64,000 nt of DNA, from assembly GCA_050084515.1 (NCBI GenBank), contig CM114271.1:43338001-43402000 (forward strand), written 5' to 3'. The position numbers and the translations under genes were made by a program. A model generated the notes under the pieces. It searched no databases, had not been told where the DNA came from, and saw only the letters and a list, made by a program, of their open reading frames with translations. This stretch comes from Blasia pusilla. Lineage: Eukaryota. Position 1 is the stretch's first letter. Each line of letters starts with the position of its first letter. Shown here one piece after another: positions 1-44,644 of this stretch.

Positions 1-2376
1 GCAGCTGCGACAGCTCCAGGAACAGCTTGTAGAAAAGGACCACGAGGTATTTCTTTCCATCTCACATATGGATGACCAGGTTGTATGGCCTTGTCCTTTC
101 TTTCCTTGCGCTTTTGGATCGATGACTGCATTTGTCCAGCGGTGGTTACAATCACCCGACTTAGGTTGTACTGTTGCCATGTTCAGATCGAAAGGTTGAG
201 GAGTGCAGGCCTAATTCTCAACAATCTAGTTAACTCTCAAAGTGATGAGGTGAGAGAACTCAAGTTCAGACTAAAAGAGACCTTCAACGAAAACTCGGAA
301 GTACGTGACGTGTGCGAGAAGCTTGAGAAAGAGAGGCAGGATGCGCATGATTCAGCAATGTTGGCCAAAGAGCAACAAGAGACAAGCCGGGCACTTGAGA
401 AGCAGTTAGCTCTACTCACATCTCAGTTGATGAACATGGGGTTAGTCAGGCCCAGGTTGTCAATTCTCTTCCTCACCCTTATGATTCTGGTGATTGTAAA
501 ACAAGTCTCTACACGAAATTGTATAGTGGTTCCACCATGCCGACCGGGCTTATCAGGATGCCTAGGGTTTAACTTGAGTATCATCGGCCACCGTTGTGCA
601 GCTGAGCATGAAATCGTCTCGCAGCGAAGATCATGAAGGCGGAGTTGAGGGGCAGCCTGGTCCTGCGCATGATGTGGTCCCTAGTGAGAGTACGAGTGGC
701 GAGGAGGTTCTTCCCTCTCTCTTAATGGGATGTCTAAATGTGGCGTCTAGAATCAAAGAAGACTACCTGCAAAATCTTAAGGTGTGGTGGCTGGCTAACT
801 CAAAAAATAATTTCTGTGATTTGGCATCATAAATAAATAATTAGTTCTTGATGTTGATGCGGTTCTTGCCGGTGAACTAAGATATACCCGGATGTCTTGT
901 ATTTCTTCTCTGGCTCGATTCAAATGATTCATCGATTCTCTCCGCAATGCGTGACCCTTGAACCGAAGTTGTTCCTCACTTGCGAGATGATTTCTGTCGT
1001 TGTCAGCTAGGAGGGTAAGAAAGGTAAACAATAATCTTGTGAATGACGTGCTGCAGCCTCTGGAGATATGCAGTCCCAGAGAGTCCGAGGAGGACAGTGA
1101 CGAAACAGAATCATCTCCACCGCGCCCGAGCGTTCAATGGAGTGTAGCGAGTGAGCAGGTGATTTCTCTTTCCCAGACCTTGTCTCAGTTGTTCATCCAT
1201 TTGATTAAAATATTCTCACTTCAGAAATATTGCCTGCGTGTATTCACGAGATCCTCATGTAATCGTTTCCGCGGCAGCAGGGGTCATCTGACCTTTACAC
1301 CCATCTGCAACCTATTCGTTTTGGAGTCTATTCGGAAACCGGGCTGTTGTGTAGGCGGCGGTTCCTTTTCTCTTTCAGGTCTATGTGACGGGGTCACTGA
1401 CCGTGGTTGTAGTGGATCTTTTTTCCCCTTTCTGCATTTGAGGCAGGACTTTTTCGGTGTGTAGTGTGATGGATTTAGGCCTAATATGATCGCATTGGCA
1501 AATGTTCCTTTCGTTGTCTTCAATATGGAGCTATTCGTGATAATTGTGAATGGACTCTTTCTTATTCATTGATGTCACAAGATTGTTACCAAGAATATCA
1601 CACAAGGGAGTTTTCACCCGAAAGTTATTGTGATTGGTCCCGTTGTAACCCTAGCTTTTTTTTGGGATATGATTCATTTTTGGGCTTGGAGACTACGCAG
1701 TGGATTCTGATGAGGATTGAAACCTTTTACAGGAAGTGCCAGTTGTTGGGAATCATGAGGAATTTCAGTCTGCCATCCGAAGTTTGCAGGATGTAGTTGA
1801 ACGAGAAGGCAACACTACTATGGACCCAATGCCACATGAGTTTCACGTGGTAGAAGAGTGTTCCTTGGATGCTCTTGAAATTCAGAAGGAGTTTCTAGTC
1901 AGCCAGTGCGCTATGTTCAACCCTAATGCTTGAAGCTAGACCGTAGATTATATCTCAATTTGTTCTGAGAACTGCGGAGTTATCTGATCAACATTGGCAC
2001 CTTTGTACAGGAAGTGCCAGTTATTGGAAATCATGACGATGTACAGTTTGCTATTCAAGATCTACAGGAAATAGTTATGCAAGAAGAGGCCCAACTGAGG
2101 GACAGGTGTGCCGATGCATTGAAAGTTCTCGACTTGCAACTTACACCCTTGCTAAATTCCAGAGGAGTTCTCGACCTGGACTCTCTGAAGGCCTTGATTT
2201 TAACCGCCTCTTCCTGGGGGAATGATTTTTCTACCCAAAGATTCAACTCAATCTTTAGGTTTTAATTATTGTGGACATTTTTTTAGCGAAGGAAGGTGGA
2301 TCCAGTCTGGGAGCACCTATCTTCATGCTTCAGCTATCGTCCATGGGGATGTTATTTATTTAGAGACATGTTACAA
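1..2376 (+). CDS. Multi-exon coiled-coil/acidic protein gene of unknown function (5' end outside window). Inferred exons <1-46, 187-444, 602-706, 1057-1158, 1733-1897, 2011-2105, 2287-2376; possible last exon ending ~2709
   Basis: Open, phase-compatible segments bounded by AG/GT (QLRQLQEQLVEKDHE|IERLRSAG...EKQLALL; PLEICSPRESEEDSDE; EVPVVGNHEEF; EVPVIGNHDDV). Some donors are weak (GTCAGG, GTCAGC). No family recognised. Confidence 0.55.
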
Positions 2377-3786
2377 GTGAGTGTTTCTTACTAGAAACCA
2401 GTTTCATTGATTTTTCTGCATTTGTGGAATTTTCCCTGAAAGCTCTCATTTCATTTCACGATTGAAGTATTCATTAATGCTTACTCTTTCTTGAATGTAT
2501 ACAACAAATTATTTGTAGCGACGTCTCCAATTACTTGTTAAAAATCACCGAACCTAGTCTCTGATATCAGGTGATTTTAAAGAATGTCACAATTTTGTTA
2601 AAATTCAGCGAACGTAGTCTCTTGGTATTAGACTACATTCGCTGAATCTGACAAATTCTTGTGAATTTTAAGAAGAATTTGCAAGATTGCGAAACATCAA
2701 GATGCTTGAAGAGATTGGATTATCAACTTGTCTGCCTACCAGATTGAGAGGGTTGTCGGAGGACGGCCTGAACGACTACTATTGGACTTGCCCTACTCTG
2801 GAATAAGCACCCTACCTCCTAATTCCATTAATCACCCGTGGTGATCGGATTGCAGTCGGTATAATTAGAATGTACGAAATTTACATTCCACACGGATCTT
2901 AGTAGCGTACGTGTTATCGTAATCCCTTCTAAATTATCAGAAACTAAAGAGGTGCTAGGTCGCTTGCAGATGGTGCGGTTGGTTACTCGAACCTTTCCAC
3001 CCGTTCACTTAGACGAGGAACTACGACGATGCCATCATCCTAAACAAAAGAGTCGCCAGCTCCCCCGAAGCTGCTCCGGCTGACTTCACGAAGCTGTTCC
3101 CATAGTGATTTAGTCATGTCGATGGCCTTTCAGTGGGAGTCTTGGATGCATAAACAGACTCATGCCCTACTCCAGATATGCAATTGACTTGACATGGTTC
3201 CATTACTGTTGCAAATAATGGAAATGTTCTACTCGTGATTGGGATATCGATATCTTAAACTAGACTGCATTTCTAGTACCAAAGAAGCAACATTATACAC
3301 AGCCGCATGCAGATTTGCCGACGGTCGTAAGAGTTTGGAAGAGGGAAAAGAATCGTAGGACCCACTCGTGTTTCTCGCGTGAGGTTTTCTCTTGAGATTG
3401 TTCTACCCCGCCTCCAAACAAATTGCAGCCTGACTTCCCGTGTGAAGAGCACGAACTTAGTTGTGAACGGATTGTTCTAGGTTACCTGCATTCCAGCACT
3501 GCTGCTGGCTTGCAACTACTGGGCCACAATACGAGACAACAACGCTGTCGCAGCGGATGCAGCGGCGAAACGAGCGCTGCAGATGAGGACATGGAGAGAG
3601 TCACGTGCCTAGTGAGAATGACAGCGAGAGAGTTGAGCGGATGAACAAGGAGACGCAGGTTGAATGCAAATCTGAGACTGGCCTGATGGCCTGGACTTAT
3701 GCACAGTTCTCAGTCCATGGGAGAGACGCGGAACTCCGATAAGATGAACTGAGCTGAAGTTGAGGTGAAATCACTGCCGGCTGGTT

Positions 3787-6446
3787 ATGGCTTCTGCCGT
3801 GGGCAACAACTACGAAGTGTCGCAACTCTTCGTGTCTCCGAGGAGTGCGTGGATTTCAGCGCTGCATGTTCACCGTAACGCTAATGTGTTCGTGAGGAAT
3901 CCCAAGTACCAGTTTCCCAATCTTACTAGTCGGTCTTGTCGTAATGGAGTGGGAACTGAGCCGTTGCAGATGCCAGGCGCTCGATGCTCATCATCCCCCC
4001 TTCAGCCTCTGGTAGTTGTTGCCTTCTGAATAGACTTCATCACTTTCCAGTCTAGTAGACTCATGTCCCAATTTTAACTGGGAATTTTGTGCATGTGAAT
4101 TTCACTAGGAGTGAGGGGTAGAGCATGTGCAATGATTCGGAGTCCATGGGTTGAACGGGGTGTCGAGCGAGTTCCAAAGGGTTTAATGAAATACTTTAGA
4201 TTTGCGGGTCTGGGTCCTTGGTGTTTGCTGGGTTGACCATGCCTGGGAGAGACCTTCACACTCTGCTGGCTCAACGTGGATGTTTCGATGAGGAGGTTTG
4301 CAATATGAATATGGACTATGCCCATCTCAGAGTCGGCCTATGAGCCACCTGGCGAACGCTACAAATTGCCTTCCGTGCGAAATGTCATGGCGGTTAGAAG
4401 AAAGAAATTCGTGCAACTGATGCGTGGCTCTTCTGTCTCAGATGATCACGCGTAGGTTCTGTGATGGGATATATAGCTTGTTGCACCGGCTTTTTTGTAC
4501 TACTCAGAAATTGAAGGGATAGTCAATTGGCACAACTGAGATAATCACTCAAGTGTCGCTCCTGACACACACTAGTATCTATTCCTGTGAGAAGTAAGCA
4601 TAAACATGAAACAACAGAGAATGTAATCAGAAGTGAGTCATGTCATAGCGTTTAGCGTTTAGCGAGCGTAAACCCGGAGCTCTGGTGTTAGCAATATAAG
4701 TTTATGAGTAGAATAGATTGGTGAACGAAACTGGGAGGGTCCAGTGGAACCTCTAGTCATGTGAAAAACCTTGTCCTGTGATCGCCCTTGCATCTCTTAT
4801 GGAAGATTTCAAGCCTCTGGAAGTTCTTTAGGAAGGAGGAATTTTCCTTGTAGGTCACGGTTCTGGACCCTTGTGCTCAATCCCTTTATCAAGAGTAAAC
4901 TGATCTTGCTAGTATGTCATCAGAAGTGTTGAGATATGGATAGATGAGCTCGGTATCATTGAGCTAGTCAAACTTTAAATTTATCCACTGTTCTGCGCAG
5001 GGGCAACCTCTATGCAGGAGCATCTTGAGAGTGTTGAACCATGGTGTTAGCTTGAAGCAAGAGACTGCAACTGGACCACAACCCAATCGAAGTTGGGTGC
5101 AAATGAACTTGAGGGGAGCTGCGGCCTGCCTTCTTGCACTCTTTGTATCTTGCAGCTTTCTGACCAGAGCCGCACATGCATTTGCAGAGAATTCAATTGC
5201 GGCTTCCCATTTAGGCCTCAGGATTGCAGGATTATTACGAGAATCTGGATGGCCCGATGACCTGGTAGTCTTCACGGTGGCAATGCTCCCTGTTTTAGAG
5301 CTTCGGGGGGCAATTCCAATCAGCTACTGGTTGAAGCTTGATCCCATCAGGGGGTTTTGTCTCTCTGTTCTTGGGTATGTTTTTCTGTCTCTTTCTGAAC
5401 TTATTCAGAACTCAAAGAGGTGAGTTGTGATTTCCACGAGTGCTACTGAAGTAGAATTCCTGGAAAATTTTCGAATGCTCGTAGCAGTCCTGTTTTAGGA
5501 GACAGAAACATAGTACGCATTGACTCTCGCTAAGTTGCTCAGTCCCACCATTTTGTTACAATGGATTTGACCATGTATTCCCTATTGTGCATGGCGCTGA
5601 CATCCGAGCATCTACTTTGGCTTCAATATGTGATCCCTAAGATTGCTTCTGTTACATCCTTTAACAGGAACGTACCCAACTTAGCCATGATCAACTCCTT
5701 TTGACCTCTGCCATTCTGCATACCCCTTCAGTTCTCTGAAATTCAGCCCCCCACTGCTCCCCACCTGTGCTATCAATTTTCCTTCCCCTTCCTTACTGCT
5801 TCAGAACAGATTTGAAAGGCAGCCTCATGTGAGCACTTAGTAAGTTCGAGTGTTTGTCCAAACTCAGAGCTAACATGAGTGTTTTCTGCTCTCGTGATGC
5901 ATCTCATGCTCTCCCACATGCTCCCAATTTAGGACTTCACAAGCTGACTGCATACTAGGACCATCTAATGTATACTCTTGGAGAAGCGCATATCTAGCCC
6001 TTGTTTGCTGAATAAGCTTTGAAATTTTCAGGAATCTTCTACCTGTGCCATTCATTGTTCTCTACTTGGAGAGGATATGCAATTTCATAGGAGACAGGAA
6101 CAACACAGCAAAGAGAATTCTGATCTGGCTGCTCGACAAAACACGGAAGAAAAGTGCAGTGATTGAGGAGTTTAAATGGCTTGGACTGATGCTCTTTGTT
6201 GCCGTTCCGTTCCCTGGAACGGGTGCATGGACTGGCGCAGTTATTGCTTCCATCTTGGGGATGCCATTCTGGAGTGCAGTGACAGCAAATTTCCTTGGAG
6301 TGGTCCTGGCTGGGTTGCTGGTTAATGTAGTTGTGACAGTTGGTGCAACATATGCCATTATTGTGGGGGCTGTTCTGTTCGCTATCTCAACGTTCATGTG
6401 GACCCTCTTGCGCATGGTTAAGGAGAAGCAGAACAAAACAACATGA
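3787..6446 (+). CDS. Small multidrug export-family (Sm_multidrug_ex/COG2426-like) membrane protein. Exons 3787-4011 (tentative), 5001-5374, 6032-6446
   Basis: Family motifs AMLPVLELRGAIP, G|NLLPVPFIVLYL (5374 GT..AG 6031 splices in frame) and GLMLFVAVPFPGTGAWTG, followed by hydrophobic helices; stop TGA 6444-6446. The first exon (MASAVG..., S/R-rich, transit-peptide-like) is less certain. Confidence 0.88.
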
Positions 6447-6504
6447 TCCAATTCAGAATATCTCCAATATGTAGCACTCCGTACTTGCCTCCTTGCAACA
6501 ATCC

Positions 6505-6717
6505 ATGCGAACTTGGATAAGGGGAAACTTAGTAGAGGGCGATGGGTGCCCTATCTGAACTTGGACAGGAGGTAATCCCAAGCTGTTTTTTGGGGGTTGA
6601 TAGAGACCTATGGTGGCCATAAGTGAACCTGGGACAGGAGTGGATATGAAGATCTTTTCAGTGGTTTATGTCGAACTCCCAAGTGAACTTGGAAAGGAGT
6701 TATATGAAGGATCTTTT
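6505..6717. repeat. Degenerate short direct repeats with a GAAC(T/C)TGG(A/G) core, 4 copies
   Basis: aagtgaacctgggacaggagtggatatgaagatctttt vs aagtgaacttggaaaggagttatatgaaggatctttt, plus two shorter upstream copies. Confidence 0.5.
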
Positions 6718-6719
6718 AT

Positions 6720-9700
6720 GGGGTGATAGAGGAATCTTGAGGCCCTACTGAAACTTGGAAATGAGTCAAAGTTGAAATACTTATGGGGTCGATAGAATGA
6801 AAATATTGTGACTTCAAATCCATAGAGTAGTTGTGAACTGGGAGAGGAATCAATCTCAAGAATCCTTTTTGACGGAGGTAGTGTTGGCAGTGTTGGAAAT
6901 CAACCATGCAACTGATTCTCCAAGGGGTAGAGTAGGACATTGTGGTCCTTGGCATGGGCACAAGTGAGCTATTATTTCTTCTCATCTACAACGTTCATTG
7001 AGGTCATCTGGCCCATAATAATGGAGTTTGTTGGAATCTGGATTTTAGTGAGAGAAAACATATGGCAACAACCCCATGGAATCAAATGCAACTATTGTGA
7101 CCCTTTGAGGTTGCACATGAATTAGTAACATGGTTAGCTATGAGATGAAAATTGTAGTGTCACAACCCTTGCATTTGTTCGATTAGAGAATGACTTGAAA
7201 ATCGGCCTTAATTCATTGAAGTTGTGTGATTAACTAATTGGGGGTTATGGTTTTGGTCTTGGAACCGAGGGAGGACGGATACTACTCAAATAGTGAAGGA
7301 AATTATATATATATTTGGCGGTAGTAGACCAAGGTACAATTTGGGTGAAATTGTGTTATAGTCGGAAGAGGTTGTTTGTTTGCAATTATTCATAGTTGCA
7401 TTGCAATGGTATCACAATTGCAAACTGTGATTGTTATGCAACTTGAAAGACTTGTTTTTCGACATCTGCAAGTGGGCCACTTCACAATATGAAAGACTTG
7501 AGTTGCAAGATTATCTATGTTTCTTGAGTGTTTCTTATCATCACTTGTAAAATGGTGGGTTGGGGGGACAAAGGGGAGTTAAAAGACAACGTACAAGTGT
7601 TCAATTGACATGTGTTGGTAGCGACACGAGATATTCACATAATTCCTCTTCCTTACAATCCATATATATATATGAAGTACAATCACCCAATGACTTCATG
7701 CGATATGTGAAAGAAAGTTTTTATTAAGAACTACTAATAACATTTAAGTTTGCATCCTTTTGCTATCCATAGACTATCGTGAAATGTACAACCCGATGGG
7801 ATAGTCACCACATGAGCTCGTGGAGGATTAAGGGTAGGGATACAATGTTGGATCGACAACCAAATTTGTTTCCACCACTATTGTCATTCACACAACTATC
7901 ACCAACGAACACAAATATCATATATTTATAAGTCATAAGCATAGGGAGAGTTGGATTGGGACACAGTCGCAAACATGTATATATATATATATATTCTCGG
8001 ATGAGAAAATCACCCTTTGAATTTACAAAAGTTTAGTTGAGCAAGATCCATTCCTCCTTTAAGGATGTCGTGCAGATAGACATCGCTACACAACGTTCAT
8101 CAGCGTCACTAATCAAGACATATAGATTATAACCTATCTCAAACATCCACCAAATATAATCACGAAGGCAAGCCGTCACCAATTAAAATAGATGAAAAAT
8201 CTCACATATATATCTCCAATTAAAATAGATGAAAAATCTTACACGATATGCAAAGAACTTCATGACTCTTATGCACATTCTCTCTTGTTAAACCAAACCT
8301 ATTCTCATGATGAGAGTATGAGATTACTCCGAACGCAAGGAGCACCAAAATTATGATGCCTCATGTCTAAGAGGTTCAACAAGGAGAGAATCAACTCTCC
8401 AAGCCTACTTTCCTTGATATATACCCTCTCTCCCCAAGTCCTCCCTTAGGTCCTCCTCAAAGTCTCCCTAAAAATCTTTTCCAAAGTTCTCCCTTTGGTC
8501 CTCTTTCAAATCTTCCTCAAAGTCCTTCCCTTGGTGACTTGCGTACCAAAATCAACCATTGATCCTAAACCTGCAATAGTGGGTCAAGAGCCACCTTCCA
8601 AAATTAGAAAGTCAAAGATCACATTAATGGGAAACTTACTTGTAAGAGTAAGTTATTCATATGACCTCTAAATGGATCAACTTAAAAGGAAACCTATTAC
8701 AATAGGTTACCCTAATCCCTATCAGGTCATCAAGGACATATTGGACTCCGTCTCTAATCTCTACCAAAACGTCGCATAAGAATTTTTCGCTCCATTATAA
8801 AAGGCGTGACAAGGAAGCTATGTCGCATACATGGTTGAAAGAATTCAAAATATGAAGCATCCTAAAAAGATGGTTTGTGTTTTTTATTAAAGCCTAAGCT
8901 TGTAAGTGACTTTTTTCTCTTAGTGGGAGGAAGGGTAGCCTTGGAATTATTATCTATTGGGCTTGATATCTTGGATCTATATTTTTTTCCTCCATAACAC
9001 TTATGAATCGACCACTATTTGGGGTGCAACCAAGAATAAAGAACACTAGGGCAACAATATTGACACGTAATACTTTTTCAAAGCCTTGATAAGAAAGATG
9101 GAAATTCATGGAATTATGAAAATTAGAAATAAGTGTAAACTTTATCATTAAACTAGAAGCATAAATGGGGAGAAATTGAAGGAAGATTTACAAAGCCTAG
9201 AGAAAGGACTAGAGTGGAGCGAGCTTAAGGAAAGAATATTATCACCTTCACGAGTTGATAGTAAAAGAATACCAAGTGACTGAGGTAGCAATAATATAGA
9301 AGACACAAGAAAACAATATGGAGGCAGGGAAAAAGTCTTGGGAAAAAGTGCAACAATCTTGCATTTGCAAAAATCAAAAGGTCTGAGTAGAGAAATTGTA
9401 AGCTGTGGAACTATTGGGTCTAGAAGGACGTGCAGAATTGTGGAGCTTTGGGATGAAGTAAAGCTTAGGAACAAAGATGTGACGAGAGAAAAAATGAATC
9501 AATAACATAAGATGTCATGGTAGATACGAGATAGGATAAGATTACATCAAGGGGTCCTTTGTAGTTCGGTGAATCCCTTACTAGCTCAAACTAGAAACAA
9601 GGCCAAGTACACATCATAGTTTGTTCTTGGTCCAAGAGCTCGAATGAGTAGAGAAGGAGAGTATCCCCCTATAGGTATCTCTAGGGTTCTTTGGGGGAAT

Positions 9701-12700
9701 CCCACTAAGGGAAGTGATGTTCTGCCGAAGTTTGACTAGTTATGCATTAAGATGGCTTGGTGGAGGCTTCTAGTAGCTTATGCAACTCTCGGCTCCCCAA
9801 ACATATATTGGAACTTAGACATACATTTCATGTGTCTCATGGCTAGTGTCTCATGTCTATTTTAACTCCCCATTCGGTGTCCCAGAGTTGCCTTGCCTTC
9901 CTTTGCGTTTCGTGACCAATCTCATGGTGTATTGCCCATCTTGACTACTCACATGTTCCTTGCTCCTGGCCTTTGACTTGGAAATTGGCTCCAAAGTCTT
10001 AAGCCTTGATTGCCTTGCCTTGATCCCTTTGAGTAGCTACGCCCCTTTCTCATCTAAGGCTACTCACAATACATGTGCACGTTTAGCCTATCATTAGTGC
10101 TACGGTTGGTTGCGCCGCCCTTCCTAGTCTAACGACTACCTAGTCTAGGTTTTGAATTTTCTAGTTCACACCGAGGTCTTTCGTCCTTGGATCCGCGATC
10201 ATAACTTGCTTCTCGGGTCCCTACTAGCATGCATGTCATAGATTTAGCTATTTGCAATGGACGTTCTCTTGTGAGAGGTCTTGCTCTCATATGATGACAC
10301 TTGGTGGGAGAGTGAGTATAATATGTACTCCAAGTTTTTGGTTACTTCTATAGATTGGTAACTTATGCACACATCTACCATGGAGTTTCTTGGAGAGTTG
10401 TATAGTGTGGATGACACTCATTTGGAGCGCATCTTTCTTAGATAAAACCCTTGTTGAGATCTCTTGTTTGTAAAAAATATATATCATTTTGTCGTGTGTC
10501 TACTCCTCTTGAATGTTGGTCTCATGTTTTGCGGAAAGGTATGTTCAGTAGGCCACACTCTCCTTATTGGTCCGCAACCAATCATATTCATATAGCTACT
10601 GCTTGGATCAACCAGTCTTGCCTTTTCCAAGTCTTGAACCTGAGCTATCATTCAAGCTCAACAAATCTAAGCCCGGTTAGAAACAAACCTAACCCTTCAC
10701 TCCCAACACAAGCATATCCTTCAATACTTGGGACAAACTTCCTCGATAGTAAAGAAATCTAAAATGACGTTAGCATATGTGGGGTTCCAAGTGGCAATGG
10801 AAATCGAGCGAGTCTCTAGTTGGGCCCAACATGTGAGTCATGAATTAAGGTCCAATGTTGATATCCATAATTAATCCCCTTGGACTTGGCTTGGTCTCCA
10901 CATCATGAAGCCAACCTCTCGATCCTTTTAGTGCCCTTGGTGCATCCCCAAGGTTGCCCAAGGTGGGATTTGGGTCCCAAACTCCCTTGGAGACCCTCCC
11001 CCTAATATATAATTATAGATATTTCAAGCTTCTCCCTATCTTTGGGAAAGTTCTCTTGGCCACTCCTTGTGACCCTCAACCCAACTATATATCATTCTAA
11101 TAGTGTAGGGAAAGGTTTTCAATATGTGCTCATACATTTCTCTAGATCTTTAGTGCGTTGGAATCATCATCTCCTAATGCATTTTGGATCTAGCTATTAT
11201 TACCTCAAATACGGAGAACCCCCAAACGCCTAGTCAAGTTCCAATTCCCTTGGCGCCCAACTCTTGTGGGTCTTGAGCTCCTCTCAAGTCATGCTTGGCA
11301 TTGGGTCCTGTTCTACTCGGTCATGACTATCATCACTTGAGATGCCTAACATAGGTACAAGGCTTGCGTCTCGATTACAAATCACGTCTCATTCTATAGA
11401 CTCTAACACGCTTCTATCTTAGTGTAAGCCCACTAGATTTTTGATGTTTGCATTGTCGCACGTTTAGCTATGAGGGTCACAACACATTGAGGTGTGTCAA
11501 GTTGTATTAGGGTGCGTCAAGGTATTTATGTGTAGATGCAATAGGATTCGTAGTTGGATGGATCTTAGACTTGTGTGCTTGACAACCAATGTATGTTTAG
11601 AGCGATGTGTATTCCCACAAGTGAGGAACTAAGTATAGGCTTGAGAGAATTATGCAAAGGGAGTGGAGCCTGTGAGACATTAAGGGATACGTGCATGTGT
11701 ACCCTTTCATTTCCATCCAAACCAATAGTTAGTGTGCTTGTTTGATGCACCATTTAAAAAGCTTTACTTCTTCCTTTACACCTCTTTATTGTTATTGAAA
11801 TTCACTTTTTCATCTCTTCCTTTGAGCAATCCCCATCTATTTATTTATTCAAATAAATAGATGGGGATTAGTTGTAATAAAAGCAAACATTTATCCTTCA
11901 ACTTCCTTAATTCATTCTCAACAAACCTAAATGAACTACCTTCCCTCCCTTAATCCCCTTCTTAATTTATAAGTTGTAAACTTCTTTTTAATTTGATTAG
12001 AAACTACCCCAAAAAGCCATTTTTATTTGTGAGGAATTAATTTGAAGCCCTCACATGTGTCATTCGATGAGCTCATCGTCACCAATAGGCATCATTTTTT
12101 TTAATACAACTAGTTGGCATGCTTCGAGGATGCATGATTCAAAGAAATTCCAACATTCATTCTTTACATGTCTTTAATATTTTTTACATGATTTTTTTGA
12201 CGTCATTATCCAAGTTTCCCACCACAATATGTTTATTTCAATTTCTAATCCTTCACTCCTAATTGTAGAAAATGTAAACCCTCACCCCTTCAACTTCCTT
12301 ATTTCATCTTGAAGGAGCCTCACAAACTAAATGAATCGGTCTCCTTGTTTTAATCCCCTTCTTATACTTTGTAAATTTCATTTTAGAAAAATACCCTTAA
12401 AACCTTTTCTTCCATGCTCCTTTGTTTTGAAATAAATAAATTCCACATTTTACACTATTAAAAATCTACCAATCTTTATTTTCTAAGAGGGAATGCCTCC
12501 TCCTTTTCCTTCCAAATTTTATTCAGGATAATTAATATTTTTAAAATAATGATTATTTAAATTTTTTATTAAAAATCTTCAAAATCATTTCTTATGTCAT
12601 GAACGAGCTTAGAATAGAATTCAACCCCAAACTATTAACAGTAAAATTTTCAAACGTTTGAATTATTATTATATGCCATTCACTCTACGTGCACTAGAGT
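6720..12700. other. AT-rich intergenic region, probably decayed repeat/TE DNA, with (TA)n tracts and short duplications (e.g. ~8179-8245; ~11895-11990 vs ~12287-12385)
   Basis: No credible ORFs or spliced frame; visible short duplications and low-complexity tracts. Confidence 0.5.
11828..11869. repeat. Perfect 19-bp inverted repeat with a 4-nt loop
   Basis: aatccccatctatttattt-attc-aaataaatagatggggatt. Confidence 0.9.
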
Positions 12701-13578
12701 GAAGGGATTAATTATGTTCCGGCCATTTTTGAGTGGAGGGAGGAACGTAGTTTAGGGTTGCCACATGTCAAACAATGACGTGGTTGCAAATGAAGAAGAT
12801 TCGTGTACATTTTTTTTTTCCTTGGAAAAAAGAGAGATGATCGGAATATGCATGCGCCTACGTGGACCCTCGTATCCCCGGGGCCGAAAGGGCACGAAGA
12901 TTAACTGCCACGGGGATCGTTTGATTCCTTTCCGGGGACGACAGGAATCTCCATCGGAGGACCAGCCAATTGTGAAGGCATTCGTCAATGTCAATGCGGA
13001 ATCCGACCGCCTCTTGGGCACTGCCATGCGAAGGAGGCGAGTAGCGAGAGAGAGCATCGGCTGCAGGAGACGCGCAGCAGATCGCGGCGCTCCCGTTACC
13101 AGCCTCCGTTCCCGCTTCCGCTTCCGCAGCCATCATCCATCGACACTGCAAGTGATGCGAAGACGAGGCTCAAATTCATTCAGGTTGAGAGGATCGCTCG
13201 CGATGAAATAAGGAAATAGAGGCTCAAATCGGGGATGGCGTACACCGGCGCTTACATTCTTTGAAGGGCGGTCCAAGAAAGAAGACTCCGCACAGTTTCG
13301 GGATCGAGGAGGATGGCTCTGCAGTCTAGATCACTCGGACTGGATGTATGTTTGTGGCACACTCTCTTCTCGTACCGCAACGCTCGCGACGCAGTCTTCT
13401 TCCTGCCTGCAATCGGAAATTCATGCCGCTGAGTTCGTTCGCAGCTGCCGAAGTCTACGGCACAGAAGGACTATGAGCTCGCGCACCCGACAGCCAGGAA
13501 TGGAAGAAGTGGAAAGACCTGGCAGTGGAATGCGGAGACGAGAATCGAGAATTACGACCTTGTGAAGATAACGGCGCC

Positions 13579-44461
<30,883 letters not shown>

Positions 44462-44644
44462 GTAGGCTCTCTCCCTCTCCCTTTCAAACTTCTCCGAAAA
44501 TTCATACTACTGGCAGGATGGGTCATCTTTTTCTTTCTCTACTGTACGGTCCCTGCAGTAAAGAACCACAGCAAAATTCGCACTCGGTATGGATATAAAG
44601 CTGTAAGGACGACCCTCTCCCTCCGTCTCTTTCTTGGCACAAAG

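Noticed and set aside
2985..3600. Possible divergent minus-strand gene (ATG ~3593, strong donor CAG|GTAACC ~3486)
   Set aside because: The best spliced product stops after about 60 codons with no recognisable homology; could be UTR or non-coding, but cannot be supported.
7300..7995. (TA)n tracts
   Set aside because: Ordinary short microsatellites.
12752..13565. Overlapping ORFs of 73-148 aa
   Set aside because: GC-rich promoter/5' UTR-like region of the dynein gene; Arg-rich translations with no motifs.
12900..13578. MYB/DUO1-like AACSG words upstream of the dynein
   Set aside because: Too short and too few to exceed chance.
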